Shown: positions 17,885 to 31,400 of the stretch, in pieces | Position numbering within the stretch: the stretch's first letter is position 1 | How the letters are laid out: the number at the start of each line of letters is the position of its first letter | Made by a program: the position numbers and the translations under genes | IMG/VR virus record: IMGVR_UViG_3300020473_000060 | Location: 1 to 38,969 of that record | Source: a virus | Lineage: Duplodnaviria > Caudoviricetes | DNA length: 38,969 nucleotides | Strand: one strand, 5' to 3' | The notes under the pieces: generated by a model | The model's database searches: none | Told to the model about the DNA's origin: nothing | Seen by the model: only the letters and a program-made list of their open reading frames with translations

Positions 17885-19438
17885 TTAGAATTGCAAGATA
17901 ACTTTGATATCTTCTTTTTGGGTAGATGAACGAGTAATAGATGGTCTATTATCCACATAAATTATATTTCCTGAATATTTTTTAACTTCAGGGTTTCCAA
18001 TGCCGTCAGTAAATTCTTGACCCAAGTAGTATGTTTTATTATTTATTACGGTAGAGAGACCACTAAATGCAGTATCGATACCCAAATCCGATCCCGTAGA
18101 AGGAGTAATAGTTAAACTTCCCCCACTCCCCGGATCACCAGTAAAAGCATTAAGTTTAAATCCATACTGTGGTTGAGTAACTCCTATTCCTGCTGTAGTA
18201 AATCCCGCAAGATCTCTATCTTGCCAATACTTAAGAACACCAGTTGTTTGATTGTAATTAACCACTCTTGCCACAGCAGTACTACCAGTAGCAATAGTTT
18301 GTGTAAAATAAGAGTCAGCAACGAAAGTAGCACTACTATAACCAGCACCTGCTAATCTTAATGCTCCTGTTGCTGTAGCTTTATCCAAACTTAGTAAAGA
18401 TGTACTATCAAATGATTGAGGATTGCATACTACACCGACCCTAGCAATTTGATTATCTGTAATGAAATCAGGATTTTCATTATCATTTTCAATTCTAGAA
18501 TAAAGAAGTACATTATATGCACCTAATTCACGGTAAATATTTGCTCCATGTCCACCCGGTGGAGAAATAATAACATTAAATTCAGGACGAGTAGTTCCTG
18601 TTGGAACACCACCAGCAAGTAAATCCAAACTACCAAAGGTATACCCCGATCCTTGATTAGAAACAGTGACATTCTTTACTTGTGATGCCGCATCCATAAC
18701 TATAGTACATTCTGCCCCTGAACCATTTCCTTTAATAGGAACTTTCGTATAAGTAGCATTTGCTGTACCTAAACCAACACCAGCATCAGTTACAGTAACA
18801 ATTTTAATTGAACCATCTACTGCATTATCCCTCACAGCCGCATTATCCCCACTAGTTTCCCAATCAGCAGGAACAGGAATATAATCAGTTGATTCAAATT
18901 TGATAATATCACTGGGTTTAATGGTATAAAGATATTTCCATATATAACCATCTCCACTACTACCTGCACTACGAGGTTCTAAATCAGTAAATGTGGGTTC
19001 ATCTAATGATGGCCTTCCATTTGGATTATCCGGATCTATCCCATTCTGAAGACATTCATAAACTCTATAATCACTGTTTATAACAAAATAATTAGCAGAA
19101 TATAAGTTAGTTGCTCCGGATACCTTTGCAGTGTTTGTTCTACTATAATCACTCCGATACATGTCATAGGTAGTGCCTGATGTCCATACTCTTCTAGGCA
19201 CTACTTGTCTTACATCAGAAGAAGTAATCTTCTTCAGAGCAATCATATTATCCCAATAAGAATCTTCTTGTTCAAAACTATCCTTAGGGGAAGGAGGATC
19301 AGTATCCCAATCAGATTCATAATCAGTGGGATTAGGTAACCCTATGAAAGAATAATATGCATTATCAGTGGTTGTTACACCAGCAACAAAATTCTTTGCA
19401 TTTAATATTCTAATCTGATCGGTTATAATGGCAGCCAT
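17885..19438 (-). CDS. gp8: Baseplate wedge subunit
   Basis: MAAIITDQIRILNA...VVPRRVWTSGTTYDMYR...VYECLQN...DGYIWKYLYTI...SGNIIYVDNRPSITRS..QKEDIKVILQF. Confidence 0.93.
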   Translation of the reverse strand: MAAIITDQIRILNAKNFVAGVTTTDNAYYSFIGLPNPTDYESDWDTDPPSPKDSFEQEDSYWDNMIALKKITSSDVRQVVPRRVWTSGTTYDMYRSDYSRTNTAKVSGATNLYSANYFVINSDYRVYECLQNGIDPDNPNGRPSLDEPTFTDLEPRSAGSSGDGYIWKYLYTIKPSDIIKFESTDYIPVPADWETSGDNAAVRDNAVDGSIKIVTVTDAGVGLGTANATYTKVPIKGNGSGAECTIVMDAASQVKNVTVSNQGSGYTFGSLDLLAGGVPTGTTRPEFNVIISPPGGHGANIYRELGAYNVLLYSRIENDNENPDFITDNQIARVGVVCNPQSFDSTSLLSLDKATATGALRLAGAGYSSATFVADSYFTQTIATGSTAVARVVNYNQTTGVLKYWQDRDLAGFTTAGIGVTQPQYGFKLNAFTGDPGSGGSLTITPSTGSDLGIDTAFSGLSTVINNKTYYLGQEFTDGIGNPEVKKYSGNIIYVDNRPSITRSSTQKEDIKVILQF

Positions 19439-19461
19439 TTTGATAGCATTATTTTTTTAGT

Positions 19462-19469
19462 TATTTATT
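19462..19469 (-). promoter_or_regulatory. T4-type late promoter AATAAATA
   Basis: Intergenic between gp7 and gp8, about 24 nt upstream of the gp8 ATG. Confidence 0.7.
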
Positions 19470-19481
19470 AAGAAAAAGATA

Positions 19482-22400
19482 CTAATGTTCCTGATATCCC
19501 TTATATCTAAGAGGATTAAACCTTTCTACGATAAGAGATGTAGTAATACCAGTGATTCCACTTTGTGTGTATGCAGTATAAGAATTTAATCCTGCTCTTG
19601 AAGTAAGATCTATTCTTCCCCAACTATAGGTTCCCATATAGTCAGAAGTTGATATTCCAGATGTAGTACTTAATCCATGAGGACCATTACCATCAACTTT
19701 TACAAAGACTCGTCGAATAGTAGTTGTTCCACCACCAATTACTTTATCAATCTCCTCAGTACTATTTACTTGATAAACATTATCTACAAATGATGTTCCT
19801 ATTCCAACTGTATTGTCATCTACATCAAGTGAAGTAATAGAAGTAGATCCTGTACCCATATTGGAGTTACTGACCACAAAGTAATCATCAGTTCCTATTC
19901 CACTTACAGTAACTGCAGTTCCTGTAAGATTACCATCCCTCATGAATGAGTCGAATGGAATAAAGAGATCAAATATTAATTGAGTTCCCGAAGCAATAGT
20001 GGTAGTTCCGAAACCAACAATATTTCCCTGATCACCTGAGTATGTGCCTACTGGGTTATCTTCATCAGTTAATACAGGATGACTAATAAGAACAGAAGGA
20101 ACATCAGTCCAAGTATATCCAACACCAGGATTAGTAATAGCAACCCCAGTTACTGTTCCCACACCACTTATAGTTACACTTCCCATTGCTTGAGTAGTTG
20201 TACCAACTCCTACTGTAGAAGCAATACTTACAACCGCAGTGCTATATCCAACACCACCCTCCGTAATATCAATAGAAGAAATTGTACCAGCAGCAGAAAC
20301 AATAGCAGTTCCAGCAGCACCTGTGAGAGTTTCCTGTTTGATAAATTTCACTTTATCTTGGAAAGATAATTGAGTCTTATCTTCTTTCTCATTATAAGTA
20401 TCAAATAATGGTCGTAAAGAGTCAACATAGATTGTAGTAGATCCAATACCGACTGTTTTAGTGATATATGCAAATGGATGAATTTGAGGTTCATAATGTT
20501 CTCTATCTTTACCAATAGGTATTTCATTAATAATCTTATCCTCAGTCTGTCTACACCATTTAACAGGTCTTTCTAAAGATTCATCTGCAGTGTTACCGGG
20601 GCCATAATATGGATTGGTACTAACAACATCAGTAGAATCTACCTGCATAACAGTTCTTGGATCTTCTACCAAATACTCAAATTGATCAGGTAAACGTCCA
20701 ATAGTTAGGGTATCACCTTTTTTAACAGTTTCAATAATTTCTCTATCAACTACATCAGCAGCTCCACTTCCCTTATAGAAGATTACCTTAGATGTATCAT
20801 CTTTCTTAGGTGCTTCTGTGAAAGTAACTATACTACCACCATCAAATTTATATCCCTTACCAGGAACTTGAAGGATATCATTAATCCAAATAAGAAGAAC
20901 ATCTTGAACATTAATTTGAGATCCTTTACGTGAACGGATTGAAATTAAATCTCCCCCATTTTCAGTTAATTGGAAAGTAGTAGTGTCACCATCAAAATCA
21001 TCATCCCAGTTATCCAGTACCTGAAGAAGTCCAATAGACCATCCAGTAAATTCATCATTGAAGGTTTCAGTTATTTCAACAAGGAATTCACTATAAGAAG
21101 AAGTAGTTGGAATACCCGTTGTTCCCCCAATAGGAACGGTAAGGAATTCCCCATTTCCATAACCATATCCTGTTTCATCAACTCTAAAATTAATAATACT
21201 AGATCCTTGCCCTACAACTACATCAATAGTAGCAGCAGTTCCTATTCCACTATAACCAGAAGCATATTGTAAAGGTATATTAGAATAGGAAGTAGGATCA
21301 TCAAATACAACTTCTAATGAACGTTGCAAAGATCCTCCTCGCGCATAGAAGTGTTCTAGAGTAGATACACCAGTATTAACTTCAAATGTCTTATTATCTA
21401 ATACTCTTAGAACAGTAGTTCCACCTGAAGCAGGATCAGTCTTACTTGCTGAGAAGTTATTTGCTCTTGGAGCCATGATTGCTCCTTGTACCGATCCTAA
21501 ACCAACATAGAAAGTAGGTACAGTAGATGGACCAACATTAACCTCAAATTCAGTGGTGCTATTAACAGCAGTAACATCTACTCCACTATAAGTTGGATCT
21601 GGTTTTCTAGGATATCTGTGAGTGGTAATTCCACCATCCTTAGCACATGTAAATTTAAGAGATTCAGTAGCAATCTTAATGCTGCTTCCCTTACGTAAAG
21701 TATGATCGCCAATAGTCATTGTCATAATACCAGTGGCAGGGAAGTAATCTGCTGCGGTTACGTCATATTTGACTATAGTAGATACACCAACATTTAAAGT
21801 AATGGTATTAGAACTTACAGTAGTAATTCCTAAGCAAGTACTAAATCCCGGATCACTATATCGTGGATAAGTATGCAAAGTAGCATAATCATCCATGGAG
21901 CATCTAAATGTTAAACTATCCTGTTCAATCTTAACCGATTCACCCATCTTATGAAGTCCACCAGCAGAAGCAGATACAAAAGTATGAACCCCAGTGTAAG
22001 AAGAAGGAATAGTGTCTAACACTTGAACTTCAAATGAAGTACTACCTATACCAGAAATAGATCTCCATTTTCCACTAAATGGATCGGTAGTACTTCCTGA
22101 ACCAGATCTTGGATATGTCTTATTAGCAGTATGCCCATCTAATGCACAAGTAAAGGTCAATGAATCATTATCAAACCGAACCTTATCTCCACTAGAGAAT
22201 GAATTTGCCGTTCCAACGAAAACAGTCATAATACCTGATACAGGATTATACTGAGCAGCAGTTACGGTATGAGTACTGGGTCCCGTAAGACTATGATTAC
22301 CAATAGTTAAAGCAAGTTCTCCAGTAGATGCAGTGTAACTAGCATCAGAAACATTATAGTAAGATAATGGTGAAGATCCAACATTAACGGTAATAGTTGT

Positions 22401-25400
22401 ATCACCTACACCAGTAATTGCGGTAACTCCCATTCCCGTAATAGGATCACTAGAACGAGGATAAGCATGAGCACTTGTATTTCCATCTAAGGAACATGTA
22501 AAGACTATTGCATTGGTTGAGAATCCTACAGTATCATCCGTTGTGTACGTATGACCTGCTCCAACCGTTAATACTAACTCGCCAGTTGATGCATCATAAG
22601 AAGCCGCAGTAGGAGTGGTAGTACCTATTCCTGTCACTGTAACTCCACCACCCACAGCACTTACAAAAGTATGAGTGTAATTACCACCAGTAACTACCGC
22701 ACTACTTGCTGCACTTACAAATTGATGTGTATAATCTCCACCAGTTATAACAGCACTAGTTCCTATACCAACAAAAGTATGTGCAAATTGATCAGCAGGA
22801 CCACCATATCCTACATTAACACTAATCTTATCATCATGTAGAGTAATGCCATTAGGAGTGGAACCCACGAAGGTATGAATTCCTACATTAGTAGAAGGTG
22901 CTACACTTAAAACTTGAATTCTAAAAGTATTGGTAGTCTTATTAGAAATTGTTACCCACTGTCCAGCAATAGGATCACTTGGTCTAGGATAACTATGAGC
23001 AGTCTTTCCACCATCCTTCTCACAAATAAATTGAATAGAATTATTCTCTAATAGAACTTTATCACCATTACTCAATCCATGAGAAGGAACAGTAACAGTC
23101 ATAATACCTGTTACAGGATTATATGCAGCATTAGTAACAGTCTTAAGAGTTCCATTCTTTATAACTTCAACTGCAGTATCGTATGCTAAGTCTTGACCTC
23201 GTGGATAATAATGAGTGGATTCTCCATTATCTAAACCACAAGTAAATGCAAGTCCAGTAAAGATAACACGACTTGTTTTACCTGTAGTATTATAACCATG
23301 AGCAGCAGCAGTTGTAACCGTCATAATACCAGTTACCGTGTCATATCCCACATTAGTAATACCCAAACGTGGAGAATAAGAACAAGTAAATGCAATTCCA
23401 GAAAGATCTATCTCATCTCCTAGAGATAATTCATGTGGAAGATGGGTAGTAACAGTTGTAAGTCCTTGAGCAGTACTATAACCGACATGTGCAATACTCT
23501 TCGCTTTACCAAATACATGAGGATTAGTTACAGCAACACCGGTAATATAACCATCGACAATAGATGCAGTACCGATTGAAACAATATTCGCACCTGTTAA
23601 ACTTTCTGTCTTAATAGCAACATTAACTGTTTGAATACCGGACCTATATCCAGACCCTGTATATCCAAGACTAATAGAACTTACAGTACCAGCAGTAGAA
23701 ACAATTGCTGTTCCACCCGCTGCCACTAATGGTTGATAACCAAATCCTTCACTAGAACCAACACTAACAATAACTCCACCCATTGGAAGATTTGAACCAC
23801 CAGGATCAGAAGCAATAGAAGTTGCAGTTCCTGTAAAGGTGATAGAAGAAATACCAGAACTTTCTGCAATGGTATACTGATAAGTACTGCCATTTGCTTG
23901 GAAAATATCATTGACAAGAATAATAGAATCAGTTTGAATACCTGAAACATTCTCATTATTTGATTTTAATGTAAATGTATCATTAATTCCATTAAATTGA
24001 TTAGAAAGACTATCAAAAATTAAATTTTCTGAATAAGATTCATTACTACTATTAGTTTCCCCAGAACGCATAAAGGTTCTTCCTTGGAAATGAGATCCAG
24101 TGGAAATTCCAACCCAATCTCTATCATCAGGTGGATTAGTAGTACTACTTATAGGAACGTTTCCATAAGGTGCTTCAGTGAACGTTAGAAGATTATTAAC
24201 AATATTATAGTTACCAATAACCTTAGTTACTAAAGAATCTGTTCCATGACCTGCCAGGGTCGTTCCTAACCATTCCCTACGCAGTCTAATAAAGTTGGTA
24301 CTACCAATACCAACTCCTTCAATCTTCATGATCTCATCATCAATTTTAATAAGATCCGCACCAAAGAATGAAGTTATTCCACTAAACTCAGCAATATTTT
24401 GCACACCTAAAAGTTCGTTGGAAAGAGTGGTGGTAACAGCAGTAGAAACAACAGGCGACTGAATAATATTATCCAGTGCCATCAATACCTTTTGATTCTG
24501 CTTCTGAGAAATAAATCTGTGAGAAGTACCAATACCAACACTGGTAATATCTACTGTCTCCGGTACAACCTTTAATGCTTTTTCTGCTGTTTCAGCAAAC
24601 TTAATAGTATCATCATTAACTTTAACAACAAATACTTCTGATGGTAAGAAGGTCGTCGTTCCTACTCCCACGAAGCCGTCAGTAGATGCAATTCCAATAC
24701 CAGAATTAGAAGTCCCTACATGATTATAAGTAATTTTCTCACCAGTAACCCAGAAATGATTCGGAATCGTAACACTATTATCATCAGCACTTACAATAGC
24801 ACTATCATTTGCTAAGAAATATCTTTCAAAGATATTATAATTCTGATGAGTTAAATTAAAGGATCTCTTAATATCTCTTTCTGTACCAGTATAAGTTTCA
24901 AATCCACTCTCAATAGTTGCATTAGTAAAGTCTATTTCATCCTTAGATGCAAGAACATTCTTTAATGCATTCATGTAAGTCTTAACTTCTACCGCAATAC
25001 TGGCATTAGGTTGGAAGTATAAAGAAACGGTTCCTAAACCACTAATACTACTACTAAAAATACCTAGATCCGAATGACTATTAATAGTTGCATATTCAGT
25101 ATCATAAGTTTGAACAGTAACAGAAGGATCTTCAATGTAATTATCAACAACAATAATTTCCGATGTTTGATAATGATTATTAGTTGTATCAGTTACTTGA
25201 ACTAAGAAATGTGCTCCATTATAATCATTTGAATACTCAGCAACTGGTACTGCTATAGGAGTTCCAGAAGCAGCAATATCTTTTGTTCTTGCCTCTATTA
25301 AAGCATGGTTCATTTGAATAGTACCAATACCAGAAGAGGTCTGTGCTATGGCGACGTAGATGGTATTAACGACACAAGTTGTACCAATACCAGCATTAGG

Positions 25401-28400
25401 AACAAAATCAACCTTTAAATCCGTTCCATCAATATAAGGATAATAGGTTCCGAATCCAGCTCCCGAATATCCACCAGGAGTTGTTATTAATTCACCATAA
25501 TCTAAAAGGTGGACATTCGATCCATCATGAAGAATATTAACTTCATCAAATTGCCATTCCGTACTATTAATAGTTCCATCACCACTGGCATCGGGTGTAA
25601 TTTCAACTAAGATCTTGGCAGAACGATAAGTACTTGCAATGCCCACAATTGTAGTTGTAGTTGCACTTGGAACCTTAGTGCTAGAAGATTGAATTATTGC
25701 AACATCACTTAAAGCAGTAGTTCCTATTCCTAGGAAATTATCATTCAAATTATAAGATAAGCATGTAATATCATAATCATTAACACTAAACTTGTTAGGG
25801 TACCATTGTAATTGTCCTAAATCACCAGTAATGGCAAAATCAAAGGAACCTTGATCATATTCCGTTTCAACTCTTCCATACTGGTTAATATATCCGAAGG
25901 CACCATCATGTAGAAGATCAACAATCATTAATTGTCTTTCTTGGGTATATCTTTGATCTACGACATAAGTAATATATTTCTGTGCTCTTACATCTGCTAA
26001 TTTAAAGGTATCTACTACACTAAACTTAGTTGCTCGTGGACTACTATTAAAAGTCCCACTCATATCATCAATAGAGAGAACTCTATTACCAACAGACTCC
26101 TGATAATCCATCAGAATTCTATTTGAAAATATTATTTCATCAGAAACAATAGTAGGAAGATTTAAAGAATTCTCAGTAACTAAATCAAAGTCTTCAACAC
26201 AATTTAAATCACCAAATCCTATTAAGTCAGTTACCACCTCAAGAGATGTTGTTCCAGTAGTTAATCCCACTACCATTGAACTATTTTCATTAGTAGTCTC
26301 CATCTGATAATCGGAGAACTTCTTAAATCCAGCAGTATGATTGATGGAACTTACTACATCATCCCATTTCTCTTCTGCTACTCTGGATCTTAATGCATAA
26401 GAGAAATTCTGATAGTAGAAACTATCCTGAACTCTTTGCATGTTATAATTAAGAACTCCTGAATCCGTCTCCCATCCATGAAGTACCTTAGATGATGCAT
26501 CCAAAGTAATAGTAGAATCAAAGGATCTTATAGAAGTAGCAGTTCCTTGTGTAGTAGATGATTCTCCCCGAATAACTTCACCAACTTTAAAATCATCTGC
26601 AGAGGATATCTTTAATATTTCATTATTAAAGTCCCATTGCTCTACTGTACCAGAAGCAGACTCAGAAGTAACAGTTTCTCCTTCTAAGTATTCCTGAGTA
26701 GTTAATTGAATATCAAATACAGGGAAGTATTTTTCTGGAATGATGCGACCCGAAGAATTAGCAGCATCAAATGTACCAATATCCACTCCTTCATCAATTA
26801 AGGATGCCATACTATAGGTGATAGTGGCACCAACACCACCAATGTTCTTGTCGAGCGAAGTAACGGTGAAAAGAGTGTGATTATAATCTGCAGAATTAAA
26901 ATTCTTTCCAGTAGATCCTACACCAACACTAATACCCTCTATAAGGAATTTGTCATTTACTTCAAGTGGGAACACATTTTCTGTACTGAATCCTACCCCT
27001 AACTTAACAAATGCATCTCTCGTAATGGTATTAAATCCAACTGTACTAATACCAACACCATTACTATTCTCTACGGGAATAATAGTTGGAGCATATGCTC
27101 TACTTAATCCTGTGGGATTTCTGTAAATAGTAACTTGCTGATCTCCTAATTTATAACGAATATCTACATTAGAAACTTGCTTCTTAGTCTTTCCATCAAA
27201 TACCAGAAGTTTTGGTGGTGCTTGATATCCTCTACCCTGAGATGTTATTCCAATCGACTGGAAGGCAGCAAGATGATCTATATCAATGATTTGAGGAAGT
27301 AATATACTAGGATTTAAAGTAGTATCAGAAGGGAAATTATATCCAATATTATTAATCTCAGTTCTCTTAATAGTACCAACAGAAGTACTCGAAGGTTCAA
27401 CAACTGCAGTTGATCCTACAACAGAAGTAATAGTAGAAATACCAGGAATAGAATAATAATTTGATCCTTTATTAAGTATATCAAACTTCTTAATGGGTCC
27501 AAATGCACTAGTAGAAGTAGTGTCATATACTACATTAGAAATAGTAGATGCATAGGAAGGTTGCTCAGGTAATTTAGTAAGAGTATAAGTAAAATCAGTT
27601 GTGGAAGTAGTTGTAATAACATGTTCGCCATTATAAAGTGAAGATGTGGTTATAATCTCATTTCCTGCACTTACGCCCTTATCAACTACTATTTCTTTCT
27701 TAACATTAGGAAGATCACTTTCATAGATATAATCCAACCTATAATACAAAAGTGGAGTGTGTTTATTAATAGTCAAATTAACCTTAGCACCAACCGATCC
27801 TACGGTTCCTATTCTATCCACAGCAAAGTTTGGATCTGCTGCCGACTTATACCATAAATTAGTAAAGTTCTGATCGGTATAGAAATTAAGTTCAAATGCA
27901 GGATAGGTTGTACCTTGAATAGTATAAGATAATGAAGAATCCGATAAATCGAAAGAAGCTGTCGAATCCTTATAGAATTTAAGTTGTGGATTTATGGGAT
28001 TAATATTTCCGCTTGCTGTACTTGCAACTCCAACAATAGATGGTTTAGATAAGGTTGAATTATAATGAGTATCTGATAACTTAAAGTTATTCTCATCAGT
28101 CCTTACAATATAATATATTCCATCATTTTGTAATCCTTCTATAATAGAAGTATCCGCAGTATAAAGAACTTTTTGTCCTGTTACAAATCCATGATTAGTT
28201 ATTGTAAATGTATCAGTAGAAGTATTAACACCTGAGGCAATAAATGATTTAGGATTAACTAATAATCTTCTACTATAATCATTATACTTTAAGGTAATAT
28301 CAGTCGTGACACCGGGATTTACATCAACAGTTACCTTATCATTATTTGTTAAACCATGGGTAGACCCCCCAGAAACAGTTACAAGGTGCCTTTCTAACTC

Positions 28401-31400
28401 AGCAGTAATTGGGTCATAATTAGTCTTAAGACTATGATATACGCCCGTTCCGAGACCTGTAAAGAAGAACGTACTTGAAGCAGTAGTAGCAATTCCAACC
28501 CATGTACCGGTTGTACCCATTCCCACAGTAACACTTGATAATCCGATTAAGGTATCATTAATTTTAGCAACATAAAGAGTGTCGCCATCAGACAATGTAG
28601 ATATTCCACTAGGATAAGAAGCTTCTTGACGCAACACTACTAATCCACTTCCACCATTCGGAGAATAAGTAAGTTCATCGTTAGTTTTTAAATTATGACC
28701 AGGAATATAAAGAGTTTTGGTAGGAACAAAGATCTCACTAATACCAGTTCCTGGATTAGAGAGTGAAATAGTAGTTCCGATACCAACAGCAGCAGTTGTA
28801 CCTAATCCAACTGTTTCCGAAGGATTGAAATAGATTTGGGTATTTCTGTTAGAATTATAAGTGGTATTAAATCCCGCATTAATGGTTAAACGACGTTGAT
28901 CTTGATAAAGAATTGAAGTAACAGTATGAGCAGCACCTATTGTTCCATCAACTGCTCTTAAAACTCTTATCCTATCAAATTGTGGTTGTACATTAAGAAC
29001 TTTTACCCTTTCAGCACCAATTTTTAAAATATCATTAGGTTCAATAGCAGGGTAAGACAAATCACCGGTTACATTAAAGAATGTTACAAATCCTGTCGTA
29101 GCAGTAGCGGCAATTCCTGTACTATCATCGGTTCCAATACCGGTTACAGTAAATCTATTTGTAGCAACACCTATATTATAGACTCCCCCAATCTTAGAAG
29201 ATGTAGTTGAAAGTCCACTAACATTAACAATATCAACATTTTTAAAGTTATGAGGATTTTGTGATCTTAAAATATACTCTCCTTTAATATTACCAGGATA
29301 AATCTCAACATTACTAATAATACTAGATCCAACACTTATAGTCTCAACATCCTTACCACCAATAACAGAAACCTTTGCAGCAGCTCCATATCCTTGTGTA
29401 TCTGTATTATCAAATACCGCAGCATCTCCCACCTGATAGAGAACTCCACCAGTTAGAATTCCTACCTTTTCAATTACACCAGGAGTTACAGATTTAATAT
29501 CAATAGTTTGAGATAACTTATCAGGAATATAAAAATATTCATATTCCACATCACCTTCTATCAAATTATAAGGGGCAGTATTTCTATTCCATACAGAATT
29601 ATCTAAATTAACATTATTTTGATTAGATTTATGACTAAAATTAAATTCATTTGGAATAGAACCATAATTAGCACCTATTAAGTATGGGAAAATAGGTCTC
29701 TTATATCCATCAAATACTCCACCAGAATCCGCTGATCCATTATTAATAGTAGTAAAATATGCATAAGTTCCTTGTGGGAATTCAGGAGTTATACAGAATC
29801 TTCCATTATTTTCATCAAGAACCGTAGGATCTTCTACCTCTTTATAAACATAATCTTCCACAAAAAATCCTTGAGGATATAATGAAGTAGGTGGTCTTTG
29901 ATCAGGAGAATTAAGACTATAACCACTCTTCATTTGTGCAACTACACCACCCGATCTCTTGACATAACCATAAGGACCATATATGGGATTGCCATCATAT
30001 GCCCATCCTAAAATAGGAGAATGTTGATCTGATTCTATTTCTTTTCCACCAACTATTTGTAGATCTTTATCTCCATATAAAGTAATTCCTCCTTGATCCG
30101 TAGCATATACAGACTCTCTCAGTTTTCTAGGTGCATATAAAGCAGAATACTGCAATCCTTTATCAACATTAAATTCTTCTGGAATATATCCATCATCAGC
30201 AGTAAAATTAGCAAGATGTCTTTCAAATAAATTAATTGTCCAAGTTTGAACATCAGGATCAAACTCAACTCCACTCCCAGGAAATTCTATTTCAATACTA
30301 GTAGTCGAAGGAGAATAACCATTACCACCATGAATTACATTTACATCGGAAATCTTATTATCCACCATAACTGGTGTAATAACAGCTCCTATACCATCTC
30401 CATTAATAGTTAAAGTAGGAGGACTATTATATCCCTCTCCTTGTTTTAAAACTACTACTTCAGTAATAACCCCATTAGCTATAATTGGAGATAATTGAGC
30501 ATCTTGTCCTGATCCTAATCTAACCTGAGGTTCTCTATTAAAATTAATAATTTCCGAATTTCCATATCCCACTCCATTACTCATTAAATGAACAGAAGTT
30601 ATTTCTCCTCGAAATATGGGTTGTATCTCACATTCAAATGTTTCTGTACCTGTAGATGCTATACCTACATTACCAATTACTTGTACGGAGATATCTGGAT
30701 AATTAAATGTCTGTGTCCCTACACCCACCGAAGTTAAATCAATATATTGTTGGGATTCATAGTAAAAATTGTTATTAGTAGTTCCTACACCAACTGCAGA
30801 TAATTTAAAATTATTATCGTCTATAGCAGTTACATAATATTCAGTATCAACAGTAAGACCTCCAATAACAGTATCAGTAGTCTCTACATAATTGATAACT
30901 TCTCCTGATTTATAATCATGATTATCAATAACAATTTGATTTAATGAAGTATTAATTCCTGTTGCACTTTTAACAGTTCTTTTCTTATTTTCATATCCCG
31001 AACCAGAACTAATAACATTAATACCTTCTACAATTGATTTTTTATCATAAGAATTGATATATTGTTTTCCAATACCATGAGAAGTCAAAGAAATGGTATT
31101 AATACCAATTAGAGCATCTCCCTGATTAGCATGTAATTTAACACTAGTTAATCCAACTAAAGAAACATAATAAACAGAGGATGTAGTAATTCCACCAATA
31201 GGTTGCTGATTATTAGTATCATAAACCACTCTTTCACCAGAACTAAATTTATGATAAGTACCAAAACCAATAGTATCTAAATTTAAGTTAACTTCGGGAT
31301 AAATTCCTCCACCTTGGGCATTAAAAGAAACAGAATTAATTTCCTCCTTCATATTAATAGAGGCAACAGCCCCAGATCCATTACCACCTGTAATTGTTAC

